DNA of 56,476 nt, the filler included, from Sphacelaria rigidula (lineage: Eukaryota): assembly GCA_964200075.2 (NCBI GenBank). It is 6 parts of 6 records of this genome, joined end to end, with 100 filler letters (N's around TTAATTAATTAA, not from the genome) between each part and the next. Parts side by side here need not be neighbours in the genome. Positions count along the whole stretch, not along the records: positions 9,432 to 18,761 come from CAXNAA020008730.1; positions 18,862 to 28,191 come from CAXNAA020008731.1; 4 more parts are not named here. One strand, given 5' to 3'. The translations under genes and the position numbers were made by a program. The notes under the pieces were generated by a model. The model searched no databases and was not told the DNA's origin. It saw only the letters and a program-made list of their open reading frames with translations. Positions 12,804-24,830 of the stretch are shown here, one piece after another (position 1 is the stretch's first letter; every line of letters begins with the position of its first letter).

Positions 12804-12942
12804 CCCACTCTCTAGACAACCACCTGGGCGCAGGTGCCGAGCACAGCGGCTCCGAAAATATCTTCGCGGTAGTTCATCGTGAAGAAGCCTTCGAAGCCGT
12901 TGTGCTCGGCACCTGCGCCCAGGTCGTTGTCTAGCGAGTGGG
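12804..12942 (+). ncRNA. Pre-miRNA-like or foldback hairpin, copy 1
   Basis: ~53-bp outer stem with 3 mismatches and 1 G-U, plus a 10-bp inner stem TCTTCGCGGT/ATCGTGAAGA closing the loop AGTTC. Expression unknown. Confidence 0.35.
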
Positions 12943-13358
12943 GCAGGAGCGTCTACCCCCGGGAGATAGATGACACTCTGGAACACTCTGGTATGTTCCT
13001 GGTATCCGAAGCCCGTTTTTTTTTTACACAGCGACGGCAGCCCACGTGACGGATGTACCTTCTACACGAAACCTGCTCTCATCAGAGACAGTGAGGTCAC
13101 GTGTACATGAGAACCGTCCGTGCATGAGAACAGCTGCTCCTATTTGTACTTTTCCAAGCGCTAGACGAGGTATGTGTATGTGAGGAGCGATGTGTGTGAC
13201 AGAGATTTCACGCCGGATTCTATATTTCCTGTACCGTTCCCTCATGCCAGAGGAAGAACAGCAGCCTGGCTGCAGTACAGTATGTACGTGGCCTTCCACT
13301 CACCTACCGAGAGTGCACAGAGTATAATACCATCACGGGCATAAAATGCACTCCCAAC

Positions 13359-13495
13359 CCTCTCTCTAGATAACGACCTGGGCGCAGGTGCCGAGCACAA
13401 CGGCTCCAGAAACATCTTCGCGATAGTTCATCGTGAAGAAGGATTCGGAGCCGTTGTGCTCAGCACCTGCGCCCAGGTCGTTGTCTAGAGAGTGG
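13359..13495 (+). ncRNA. Pre-miRNA-like or foldback hairpin, copy 2
   Basis: Same fold as copy 1; inner stem TCTTCGCGAT/ATCGTGAAGA. Confidence 0.35.
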
Positions 13496-16400
13496 AGCCG
13501 GAGCGTCTATCCCCGATAGATAGATGACACTCTGGAACACCCCGGTATGTTGCTGGCGGCATCACACCACCCCCCGTCGCTCCTGTATGTTCGTGCTGAG
13601 CACCATGGTAACACCCCCCTCCGCCTTCCGCCATGCGATGCTCAAGATGAGTTTGGTGCTCATCTTCGTCATTACGGCGGTCCTTCAGCAGCTCTCGATT
13701 CGAAACCGTTCCCGACCGCTCGGAGGGTAAGTTCGAATCAGCATCCAGTGCAAAAGCAACTATTGGTTCTAGAAGAGACTAGTCGAGGCTCCTCCGGAGA
13801 GTCAGGCCGTACGCCCGATACTTGTCACCATTTGATTGATCTAACACTCCCACCACCTGTTTGTTCTCCACTGCAGCCCACATAAACTCTTGCACGAAAG
13901 CAAACGGCTTCGTTTCAACAAATCCAACGGACGACCACGACGAACACATCACGGAAAACACAGACGACGTACGTCTCAGGAGATCTCTCCAACATCACCA
14001 TATAGACTTGTGTACTATACATGCTGCTCCTATACCCAAGGTCATGGTCGCGAACCATATCATACCATCGGTGCTGTTAAAGCAAGAGCGGCAGCAGTGC
14101 AGCTCAGAGCGATTTCCAAGAAGCCCTCAAACGTTCTCTCAATTGAGCCCTGCAGAACACTTGATGTACGTTCATTTTCGTTTGTCGTAACCCGGAGATA
14201 TCGGTCACGTTAGGCTTGTTGTTTGCTGGGTCACGAGATATCAGCCACAAATTTCAGCCGAGCGAAACCACAGATATGAACTCGTCTTAGCACCGGTACG
14301 TGTCCGAGCACAAATAACGAACGACTGGACACACTTCTGACACAATTCTACGCAGGAATCAATTGCAACGTCTCAAGTACATGAGCTCTCATGCCCGGCA
14401 GGTGCTCGAAACAGCCGAGACAACACCGACGACGCAGTTCGCTAGTGATCCGACACTATAAGCAGACTTAGTCTACCTGCTGCTCAACAGAATGCCCAAC
14501 ATACCTGCTGACAGTACTGTATGCTGGTGAAGACTTGCCCCTCTCAGCCTCTGCCGCCCGCAAACGTGCATCACCCACCGACAGCTCGTCATGCCCGGCG
14601 CTTGTCGAGGCCACACCATGTTCGCCGCGAATACCACGTGTGGCTCGCCACGCGATGGCTCAACTGCGCGAGCAAGGAACACAACAAACGTCAAGACAGA
14701 CCCTCAGCTTCTGAACCGATGGAGACAGAATCTCACGTCGGGAATCAGCTGAGCTACATGTTACAGCCACATGTGATGGGGAAAGCACTGGTCTAGCACC
14801 GTGATATTTACCGTCCATATGTCCACCAGGCGTGAAATCTGTGACAGCTCCTGCGGCGTTCTTACCAACAACTTTCTTGCTCAAGCGTTCGAAGGCACTC
14901 AACAAACTACAAGCAAAAATACTTTGCAGCGGGAGGAAGGCGTGCTTCCGACTGGGTAATCTCTCGCGTCGCGAGGTGTCCATCGGGTCACTACTTCGCT
15001 GCTTGTCGCATGATCTGAAGCGTTATCGGGACAGCTTTAACCGTTCGGGGGAAGAACACTGAAGCCTTGTTTATTCCACCGTTGTTGGGCAGACAAATGG
15101 AGGGTATAGGCCACATTGACACAGGCGTCATACTGCCGAATCTGCCAGTGAAGAGCACAGTTGGAGTCAAGGGGTGTTCAATCATCTGATGGCTCTGTAT
15201 GTAGCTGCAGCAGCCGACTCTTCTCCATTTCAAGCTTTTCCCGACCGCAGAGCTTTTAAACGACTACGGGTTTGGTAGAGTCTAAGCGAACACAAACTAA
15301 AAAAATTCCAAACTTCCTGGCGGAGTGGCTCTCGAGCTTCCATTCTTAAAAAAAATGGCAATGGCCGACACCCTGTTCCGGGGTGCTCGTTCTATTGGTT
15401 GCCGGTGCGCATTCGCGGAGCTCATGACGAACGACTTTAAATAGATGCAACCCTCGGATTTCCAGCGATTCCAGTCATGTCTCCGTTGTAATCGCACATA
15501 TTTCATTAGTATCCCTCCCCTCCCCCTGACGCTTGAACTCCAAACACACGATGCAATAACGAAAGTAACGCAGCGGCATGTCTATTCCACAAAGTGTGGT
15601 CCTAAATTTTATGTACCAGCCTATGGTGAGTCGTACCGCAGTAGGGAATCCACTTCACTGTATTTGCACTGGAATGCGTTGACCGTTTCCCCTCCGATAA
15701 ATCCCCGAAAATCATCATGGCATCGTGAAAAGCGGAAATATGGAGACACTTGAACGCACAGATAGGTATATTGACCTCAGAGCGATGCCACGGTAGAGGT
15801 GCACTTTTTGAGCCGCTCGAGGTGTTGGAGGGGCCATTCTGTAAATCAGTATCAATTGGTGCCGATTCACGGAAAAGCCCCTGCGTGCGGACACCATGTT
15901 TCTGGGAGTCCGGTCCCCAATGGGCTGGGGCTGCTCCACAGTAATCCCCAGATATTTGTGCTCCTACAGGAAAGAGAACCCCAGGGGAAAAAGTGCACCC
16001 TACCATGGCATTACTGCTCGATTGAAAGGCCCAATGCCGTTCGCGTTGCTCCCAGATGTGTACTCGAAAAAAAAAAACTACTTATACATCATGACACTAA
16101 TGAGCGAAGCCGATTCGCGTCCCCCCAGGTGGTCCAGCGACAGTCAGGAGTGCTTCGCCCCGGCCTTGTAAGGATACGAAGTCAACGGTCATGTGACTAC
16201 GTCAAGCAAGATCATGAGTACACCCCTCCCAGGTGGTGCGTTTTCTGGTGAAAATCGAAGGTCGTTCGCAAAGAATGCCGCGTTCACACCACCGAAATTT
16301 GTCTCGCTCAATCGATATCTCGCCGACAAGCTGAGACTGCCGTAGTGCAGGGTCTTGTCGGAAGAGAACATCGATAGAGAAACTTTCGCCACCCGGCGGT

Positions 16401-18994
16401 GCTATACTGCCTCACGTAACGTGCGATGGTGAGCTAGACGCCTCGGGTGTTCCGTGTACGAATATCGTGTACAATCCATTACTAGCGACTCAACAATTAC
16501 GGTCATGAAAATCGAGCACTGATCAGATCAGAAAAATACGTATGACGCAGTCACCCAATGCAGAAATGAAGAAACTGCAGTGTCACAATGAAATCGTCGC
16601 CCGAGTCAGGAAAAAAGCTACCAAGGCAAGAGCGTGAGGCAACCCCAGTTCCATCAGACGCCAACTTGTGAAACCATCAACACATCGGGGACATGAGAAA
16701 CACAACAAACCGAAAATAAAAGAAGTGCCCAGACGGACGGCAACAAACGGAAGCACAACGAATTAGATCACCAAACACTGTCACAAGGGAAACAAAACAA
16801 AAACATCAACTAACGCAACCGTATCTCCCGCACATCAAATACAACAAAACCCTGGACAAACTCATTCACCTTCTCGACATGGCCCTCCACGGCCGCCGCA
16901 GTGACTCCCGAGCAAAAGCCTCCTACCGCTCCGAGCGTGACGGCCCAGGTAATGGTCCGTCTGCTCGCCTGCCACAGGGTTTGCCGGTGAAAATGTAGCT
17001 CTTTGGCGCTGGCTGTATGGTCTTGTCTCTTGTTGGGACTCGTGCGGAATCAATCTGCTGCATTTGTTCCGGTGTCGAGGGAGGAAGGGCCGGGGGAAGG
17101 GGTCGGTATGCTGTAACACGTTCGGAACGTGAGCTTGACGTCATCTAAAATCGAGGTATCGCGGCCTCCTCCATCTTCTGCACAGGGCGTTTGACCTTAC
17201 CTACCTTGTTCAATATGCTCGGAGCAGTCTTACTCCATCTGAGGCAGCATGAAGAATTTGCCGGTACACCTAGATGTTGACAAAAAGCGCGTGGATATTC
17301 GAACCCTTCGGTACCGGCACCACAACAGTGAAGTCACATTGGGCATTTTCTACCGTGCGCCGCAAGCTGACTCTACACAAGAATGTACCGTCTCGGGGCA
17401 CTACAGTACCCCGGGATAACGATCGAGTTCTAACCCGTACTTTGACGCGCATATCCGGGGAGCGATGGAGAAAACTCCGACGGAGCCCTCCGATTAATTA
17501 GGAGCTATCACGTAAAGCTATTCGATGTCGACGTGCAGGCGGACATACAAATCGTATCCGGTGAAGTCAAGTAATTCGGAACTAGAGATCTCGGCCGAGT
17601 GGGGTCTTTCATTGAAGAGGATTCCACCAATTTGCCAAAGTTTGGCGTGGAATTTCAGGTCAAGCATCAAACGCCGGTCCAGGGGGGAACGGATAAAAGA
17701 AAAGAAATTCACGAAAACAGGTGTGCGCGTGATACTCCGAAATATGGAATGTGGGTTGACTCAAAGCGTGGGATAGGTTTGCAAGTGGAGCAAATGTCGT
17801 GCTGTTCTTAATCACCTACCGCACGGATAGAAGAATGTGTGTGCTTGGTAGCTGGACCATTCCTGAATGTTGTATGTAACTTCTTCCGCGGGAATACACC
17901 AAAGGGAAACTGCTGCATTTTGGCTCAAACAGATCGTTGATTTTCGGCATGGAGCAGTACGCCATGACCACGATGGAGCCACAGCGCTGTGCTCGTCTCT
18001 GTACCAATACCAAGCGACTGTGATCAAAGCTGAGCATAAGCTCTGAAGTTCTTGAAACGGCTTGGGGTGAAGGGCCGATGTTCTCCTTCGTGGTACCAGC
18101 TCGTGCGGTCTATTGCGCTCCAGAGTCCATCGAAGCGCACACAAAGCTCGTCCTCGCGTTCCCCAGCTCGACTGCTCCTGGCTTAAGGAGAGAATGACCA
18201 AACAAAATGCTCACCTCGACGCATGCTGTTCATCATGGGAACGCGTCTCTGCTCCCTCAGTCTCGTCTCCAAACTCTGGTCTCTGCATCTCCTGCCATGG
18301 CAACGCGTCTGTCCGATCCCCGCCTTTCCTCGCCTCGTGGTTGCAAACCAGGTTTCCTGCCGAAGCCGCCGTATCATGCAGTCGCCGGTGATTTCCCCCC
18401 CCCCATCCACCCCCTTGTCGTACCCTGCACGTGGTACTACCTCGCTAGCCCTTTGCCAAAATATCTAATACCCTCACCTCACCCGGCTTGAAAGCAATCT
18501 GTGTCGCTGAACCTCAACAAAAATCTATCCCCTACCATACCTCCCTCTACCCTAAAAACACGTCTTGCCACTTCCCGTACAAGAAACACACCCCATCTAC
18601 TCATCTATACCCGCCTTGAACAATATATCCCCCCTCCCCATCTCCCGTGCCCCCCAGTCCTTTTTTGTGGAGTTTATGCATTTGTGTCATTTTTTTTAAT
18701 TTGGGAGGGGGTGGGGGTGTACTCATGATCATGCATGCCATAGTCATCAGACCATAGACCTNNNNNNNNNNNNNNNNNNNNNNNNNNNNNNNNNNNNNNN
18801 NNNNNTTAATTAATTAANNNNNNNNNNNNNNNNNNNNNNNNNNNNNNNNNNNNNNNNNNNNGGGGGGGCGTTCTCATGTGTTGCTTGCCGTAGTCGTTTG
18901 ACCATTGACCACGCATCCCTTTCGAGACGGAGGGGGGGGGGGGGGATGCGTGTGTAAATTACAAAACACTTTGCAAGATTGTGTTATGTAGCGA

Positions 18995-19347
18995 GCCGGT
19001 CGCCCCGGTGGCTCAATTGGTAACCTCAAAACCTTCTGACGGTTGAGTTGCGGGTTCGAATCCCGGAGCGATATGGGATTCTTCTAATGCCCAACAGTAG
19101 AGAGCGACCATGTCGTGGGTAGGCAAAATTCGACCTGACGGTCAACGAGGAAGAAGGCACTGCTGAACCCCTCTCGCGATAAAAAATCTAAGGCAAGCAC
19201 CGCAGAAGGAAGGAGGAGTACCGTAACAAATCTAAAAAAACTCCTGTGTTGGCCTTCCTCCCGTGTGACCCCGGCTGGTGCGCCCATATGTACCGCAAGG
19301 TGTAGGCAAGCGTCCAGAATCGATGGAACGTCAATACAACAACACAA
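18995..19347 (+). mobile_element. tRNA-derived SINE, family 1
   Basis: Pol III box A TGGCTCAATTGG and box B GGTTCGAATCC; body shared with 21217-21623 and 41132-41510; CA-rich tail. Confidence 0.9.
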
Positions 19348-19544
19348 CAGGGTACACCGACTGAAGCTAGGGTATTTAGAAAAGTCGTGACGGGAAATGT
19401 TATCAGTAAATGCAATTCCGACTACATACGTGAGTGTTCGGCACAGGGCTCGACACCCTGTTGTACCATACCGGATTATTCGGTACACATTCCGCTATGA
19501 TCTAGTATGCCAACCAACAATATCCCACTTCCGGGTATACCCTA

Positions 19545-20094
19545 CAGTAGTGGGCGGTCTAACTATTCAGGGGTGTTTTGGGGCTTTTCTCGCGTAATAC
19601 TCTTTGATAGAACTCGAAAATGCTAGCGTCGGTAGATTTTGGTGCAATGAACAGATCATCTTCGAAACACATTGCTCACGTCAGTGTTAGTTGGTGTTAT
19701 CGGGCAGTACGAGTAAATTCCTCGTTTATCAGGAGGGTGTTATTGGCCGTGAAACACAGTTTTTCGGCTCTAGTGCCATGAGTAGGTAGAATTAAAAAAA
19801 ACTGAAACCGTACATTTCTTCAAACATATGATGGGGACAGGCTCGGTTGACCAAAAATACCGGAGAGAAAGAATATAGGCTGAAACGTGGCGGGACCCCC
19901 GATGACCGGTCAGTCCGTAAGTCACTCAATATTGAGTGAATATGTGTTTTTCTTCTTGGAATATGAAGCGGATACAAATATCTTCAGATCCCCAATGTGA
20001 TACGCGGTGACAAGCGAAAAGAGTCCACGAAAATCGTCAATCACGAAGAAATCACAAAATGCCACAAAATGATTAGTTAGACCGCCAGCTACTG
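19545..20094. mobile_element. Tc1/mariner-like non-autonomous element
   Basis: TA|CAGTAGTGGGCGGTCTAACTA ... TAGTTAGACCGCCAGCTACTG|TA, i.e. TIRs with a TA TSD. Confidence 0.75.
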
Positions 20095-20733
20095 TACACT
20101 TCTGGGTATGCCCTATTAATACAGAACACAACCTTGCACTTTTGCATCAAAGTGCTAGCTTCAGTCGGAATATCTGGTAATACTGGTGGGTCATCTGCAG
20201 TATATATTGCGACCCTTCCGCCACGAAGACTAATCGTATACAAAACCGACACAAGTATGCAGACGGGAATCCACGACCACAAGCGAACCTCAAATAGACT
20301 ACTTCGACGTCACGGGGCTAGGCTGAAATGAATAGTACATGAAAAAAAAAAAACTTCTGACTTGTTACTCGCATGCAAAAACACCCTCCACCCTCTCCGT
20401 GTGTATCCGTGTACCGTGAGTACTTTTCAGAGCTTGTACTTTCCCCCCATGATATTTTTGACCCCTTTGCAGGAAATATAAGGGCAAAGGTGCGAGACAA
20501 GCAAGACGAATCCAAAATACGATCCGAATCACAGTTCTCTTCTTCGGGACGAGTCCATAATCGGTCTCAAGGGATCAATTCACCTTCCCCTCGGCACATG
20601 CCTGCCTTGGTATCGCGGATCGGATCAGCCCCTCCAGCACAGCGTCGATTCTGGTTGGAATACTCCCTGCTACAGATTCCCTCCTGCCTGCCTATCGGGA
20701 CCAACTATTTTCATTATTATTATTATTTATTAT

Positions 20734-20896
20734 ATTTGGGGATCGGACTCGCAGAAATGTGGTGTTTGCACGCAGGGGCCTTTTCGTGAATCGGCATTAT
20801 TTTTACTTGAAAACGACTGAAAATAACCCTGATTCACAAAAAAGCCCCTGCGTGCAAACACCATGTTTCTGGGCATCCGGTCCCAAAAGGGTTACC
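20734..20896. mobile_element. Palindromic piggyBac-like MITE
   Basis: Arms TGGTGTTTGCACGCAGGGGC.TTTT.GTGAATC / GATTCAC.AAAA.GCCCCTGCGTGCAAACACCA; ends GGTCCCAAAAGGGTTA. Related ends at ~15860-15920 and 56411 (TTAACCCTTTTGGGACC). Confidence 0.65.
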
Positions 20897-21143
20897 TTGG
20901 CATCATTTTTCTTGTTTTCTTGCTTCCCTTCCCTTCCCCCCTCCCCCCCCTCTCTTCTCTTTTTCTCTCTTTCTCTTTCTCTACCTGTTTTTTTTCTTTC
21001 CTCAACCATTTTCCCTCTTCCTCGAGTATTTGTAGCGACCGTTGCGTTTTCAAACTTCATGTATCGTCGACCTTGCGACGACGACCGAATTGCATCTAGC
21101 AGAGAGAGTGCATGTTAGACACTCAAACTCGATAGAATGAATC

Positions 21144-21214
21144 CAAGGTTGTGTTCTGTAGGGCATACTGGCTGAAGGTCGGGTATTTACACAAGTATAG
21201 AAGAGGCACTTCAT

Positions 21215-21282
<68 letters not shown>

Positions 21283-21804
21283 GTCCCATCTATTCTGGAC
21301 GCCGTTTTACACCTTTCGGTATATGTGGACGCACCAGCCGGTGTCACACAGGAGGAGGGCCAACACAGGAGTTTGTTTTCTTGTCTGTTTTAGTTCTCCA
21401 CCTTCTTTCTGCGGTGCTTGCCTTTCATTTTTTATCGAGAGAGGTGTTCAGCAGTCCTTTGCCCTCGTCGATCATTAAGTCGAGTTTTGTATACCCACGA
21501 CCTAGTCGCTTCCCACTGTTGGGTATTGTGTGAGAAAAAATCCCAGATCGCTCCAAGATTTGAAACCGCGACCCAACCGTCAGAAGGTTTCGAGGTTACC
21601 GACTGAGCCACCGGGGCGACCAGTCTTTTGCGCCCTTCTAAACCATACCAGGTACATATCCTTCCGAACCATGCCAGATTGTTCAGAACAGGACTCGATA
21701 CCCTGCCGGACCATACCGGAATATTCGGTACACATCCCGGTATCGCTTGGTATGCCCACCAACAATCCCCCACTTCCGGGCATACCCTACGTAACACAGC
21801 CTTA
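21144..21804. mobile_element. hAT-like MITE interrupted by a family-1 SINE
   Basis: TIR CAAGGTTGTGTTCTGTAGGG at 21144 and CCCTACGTAACACAGCCTTA ending at 21804; flanks AATGAATC / AATAAATA match 6/8 (decayed 8-bp TSD). Confidence 0.7.
21217..21623 (-). mobile_element. tRNA-derived SINE, family 1, with (CA)n tail
   Basis: Reverse complement of the 18995 copy; the tail is the (TG)~30 microsatellite at 21217-21277. Confidence 0.9.
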
Positions 21805-22231
21805 AATAAATATTTTGCACGTATGTATGGTACCATCAATCGTGATACATCGGCAACCTTGGAACGAAAAGGCGCGCTGAAAAACAAACAGTTTTCCCCA
21901 ACCACGCGCCAAAACCCATCCGCTTATCTCTTGTGTTTCCTTTTCTGTAATATTCTCATCTCACCGTGTGTCTCTAGCAGATCAAGCACTTCTGACAGGC
22001 ACGCGTGTTGATGTACTGTCACAACGCTGCTCGAGAAGATCCCTATCCGCAGCTCCGAGATAGGATCGTCGAACAGCCGTTGTTGTTCGCGGAATGTAGT
22101 CACCAGGAACTTGCACGAAACAACACCCACAACGATGAACAAACGGCAACGCAACGGCGCGAGCGTGTTTGCAACAGACAGAAAGGCGACAGAGGGAGCC
22201 GTTAAAGATGCAATATGCCACGGTACCCTAA

Positions 22232-22594
22232 GTGCCCCGGTGGTGCAATGGTCCGACTGTCGTCAATACGGTGGAGAGAACGAGAGTTCGATTCCCGATC
22301 CGTCGGTTTTTTTCTTCGTAGTATCTGATTTCCACCGTGGAAAGCGTGGGAACGTGAGTAAACAAAATAGTTGACTGAATTTGTTTGACGTGAGTTGACG
22401 CGGTGCGGGAGCGCTTATAGTCATGACCCAATCCGCGACACCAAAATGCAAGGCGTGTACAGGGGAGAGATAGGTTGATCCCTTGAGACGACGGTCTCGT
22501 CCTGAGGAAGGGGAGGGGGTTCAGAGTGCGACAAATAAAAATAAAAATAAAAATAAAAAAAAATAAAAAAAATAAAAAAAATAAAAAAAATAAA
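22232..22594 (+). mobile_element. tRNA-derived SINE, family 2, with A-rich tail
   Basis: Box A TGGTGCAATGG, box B GTTCGATTC, body TGATTTCCACCGTGGAAA...GTGAGTTGACG, and an A-rich tail of T-interrupted A runs. Confidence 0.85.
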
Positions 22595-22837
22595 GGTAAA
22601 ACACGATAGCGTGACTCTCTGCCTACTACCTACACTGCTTGATCTCAGCTTCACTCAGCCCCCTTTTTCTCGCTGCAGTTATCGTCATATCTTCACTACA
22701 CGAGCATTCGCACCGTTGCTCGCATTCTGCTTCGCCGGCGAGGCTCATCTTTTCTCCATAAACAGTACAATAACGGTACATCCGTCATAATCTCTTTTGT
22801 TGCATGGCTCCCATGTACCCACCCCACCCAACCCCCT

Positions 22838-22970
22838 GCTCCGTCTCGAAAGGGATGCGTGGTCAATGGTCAAACAACTAAAGCAAGCAACAAATGAGTA
22901 CGCCCCCCTCTTCCCCCCAATCAATGGTCTGATAACTATGGCATGCATGATCATGAGTACACCCCCCTGC
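22838..22970 (-). repeat. Short G-run-flanked dispersed repeat (other copies ~18712-18932, 24835-24905, 25413-25485, 42037-42105, 47181-47256)
   Basis: Shared core GGGGGCGTACTCATTTGTTGCTTGCCTTAGTCGTTTGACCATTGACCACGCATCCCTTTCGAGACGGAG. Confidence 0.9.
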
Positions 22971-24267
22971 ATGGGTGTACTCCCCCCAACCACTTGAGAC
23001 GGATCGGTCAACCAGTCAAGTTGCTGAATCAGCCAACCAATCAATCGAGTGATAATCAGTCACTCTACCAGTCACTCTACCAACCCACCAACCGATGACT
23101 CAGAGCCAACGAAACAACCAACCAACTGATGGATCAGCAAGCCATCCGACCAATCAATTCATCCAACTAACCAACCAATCAACTAATCACTCAACTAAGT
23201 AAGTAGCTCACTAACTAACTAAATAAGGAATCAAGACACTTTATACAGTAGCCCTCCCCCCAAAAAAGGGTGGTTCGGGGAGGCAAAATCTACGGACAAT
23301 AAGAAATGTTGTTGTTGTTGTTGTTGCTGTCGCTGCTTACATTTTTCTTTCACTCCTGTGGCTGTTGCTTGTGTTTTTTTCTGTTCCTTTCCTTCGTTCT
23401 ATCTTATTCTACTCTTTTTTTGCTGCTCCTGACCACGGCCTGGGTTGTTGCAATAAGCTGATGTGAGATAATTAATCACGAAATCGATCAGAAAAGGTCG
23501 AGCATAACGAGCAGCTGGGAATTCCCACGCTTGGGTTCGTTATCGCGATTGTCGCTCACATGAGGCGCTTCACTCAACCTGAATTCAAACATCAGGCGCT
23601 GTATCACCACTTTGTTTGTGACAGTTTTGGGCTGTTTTTTTTTCTTTCTTGGGGGGGGGGGGCTATCGTAAAAAGTGTCTCACTCACCTGATCACCAACT
23701 AACCGACCAATCAATCAACTAATCACCAACGAATTTACCAACTAACCACGAAGGAACTGACCAACTGACCACCAACTACCAACCAAACCTGACATTGAAC
23801 GAAAAACCAACAACCAATCATTCGACCTACGAAACAGCCAACAACCATTGGTACAAAGAAATACGTGTCCGTCCATGAAATATGTGCGTCACCTCCAATA
23901 TTTCCACGTGTGAGATGAGCGCCAAAACGGTAGCCTTCCCCGGCACGAGTATCGGCAGGAACTTCACCCTCCGGTTTTGGAACAGGCTAGCTGCGTAAGA
24001 TAGCGTTGTTTCCGCATCCACGTGCACAAAATCCGCCTGCAAGTTGTAAAAGCATACACAAACACACAGCAAAAGCAAGATGGATACGACAGAAAACAAA
24101 AGGTAAACACTTGAAAAAAAAAAAAAGCAAAACGTCAAAAGCGACGACTCTCAACAGCTGCCAATGACCACGGGTGAGTGTCAGGGAGAGATCTATACGA
24201 ATCACAAGTTACTCATCAACAGCTCAAATCACATTTCTGTTGTCAAAACACTCTTTCAATCCCCCCG

Positions 24268-24475
24268 CGATGATGAAGTCTTCTACTCCTCCCCAGGCGG
24301 AGTAAAGATACGTAGTACCTTCGACCTCGCTTCTGGCTTCTTTTTTCAGAATGCTGTTCGCCCGGGCAATGTGCCGCTCACGGTGTTCTGTACCCCATCC
24401 GGACTTCAAGGTGGTTGCAAATGCCGCAAGGTGCTGCCACTGCTCCCGGGTGTTTTCGAACGTGTAAGGCAACGC
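24268..24475 (+). pseudogene. Isolated gypsy RT fragment
   Basis: DEVFYS...STFDLASGFF.QNAVRPGNVPLTVFCTPSGL and MPQGAATAPGCF match the RT at ~2350-2560. Confidence 0.8.
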
Positions 24476-24551
24476 ATAAAAAAAAGGGCCCAACGCGTCA
24501 CAAAAAGCACTCGAGCGTATTACCATATACTTCAATGTACACATTGACCGT

Positions 24552-24830
24552 CGCGCCCCGGTGGGGTAATGCTCCGACTGTCGCCATTAGGGTGGAGAGG
24601 ACGAGGGCTCGATTCCCGATGCGTAGGGTTTTCTTGTCATAATATCTGATTTCCACCGTGGAAAGCGTGAGAACGTGAATGAACAAAGTAGTCGGCTGAG
24701 TCTTTTTTACGTGAGTTGACGCGGTGCGGGAGTGCTAGCCCACTCCTCGCGATCGAAATGCAAGGCGTGTACCGGGGGGGAGATGGTATGATCCCCTGAG
24801 ATCACGGACTCGTCCTGAGGAGGAGGAGGA
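24552..24830 (+). mobile_element. tRNA-derived SINE, family 2
   Basis: Aligns by eye along its length with the 22232 copy. Confidence 0.85.

Larger units (their letters stand above)
12726..13551 (+). repeat. Direct duplication (~270-bp unit, period ~554 bp), each copy containing a long hairpin
   Basis: GTATGTACGTGGCCTTCCACTCACCTACCGAGAG...GATGACACTCTGGAACAC occurs at 12726-12997 and 13280-13551. Confidence 0.9.

Noticed and set aside
18995..19075. tRNA genes at SINE heads (also 21550-21623, 22232, 24552, 41132, 48810-48882)
   Set aside because: Boxes A and B are present but there is no clean cloverleaf, and each continues into a shared SINE body and tail.
21050..21533. ORFs with HTHT/CVCV runs
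   Set aside because: They are translations of the (TG)n microsatellite and the SINE.
23020..23830. AACC/AATC-rich tracts as telomeric or functional repeats
   Set aside because: Degenerate low-complexity simple repeats without a fixed unit.
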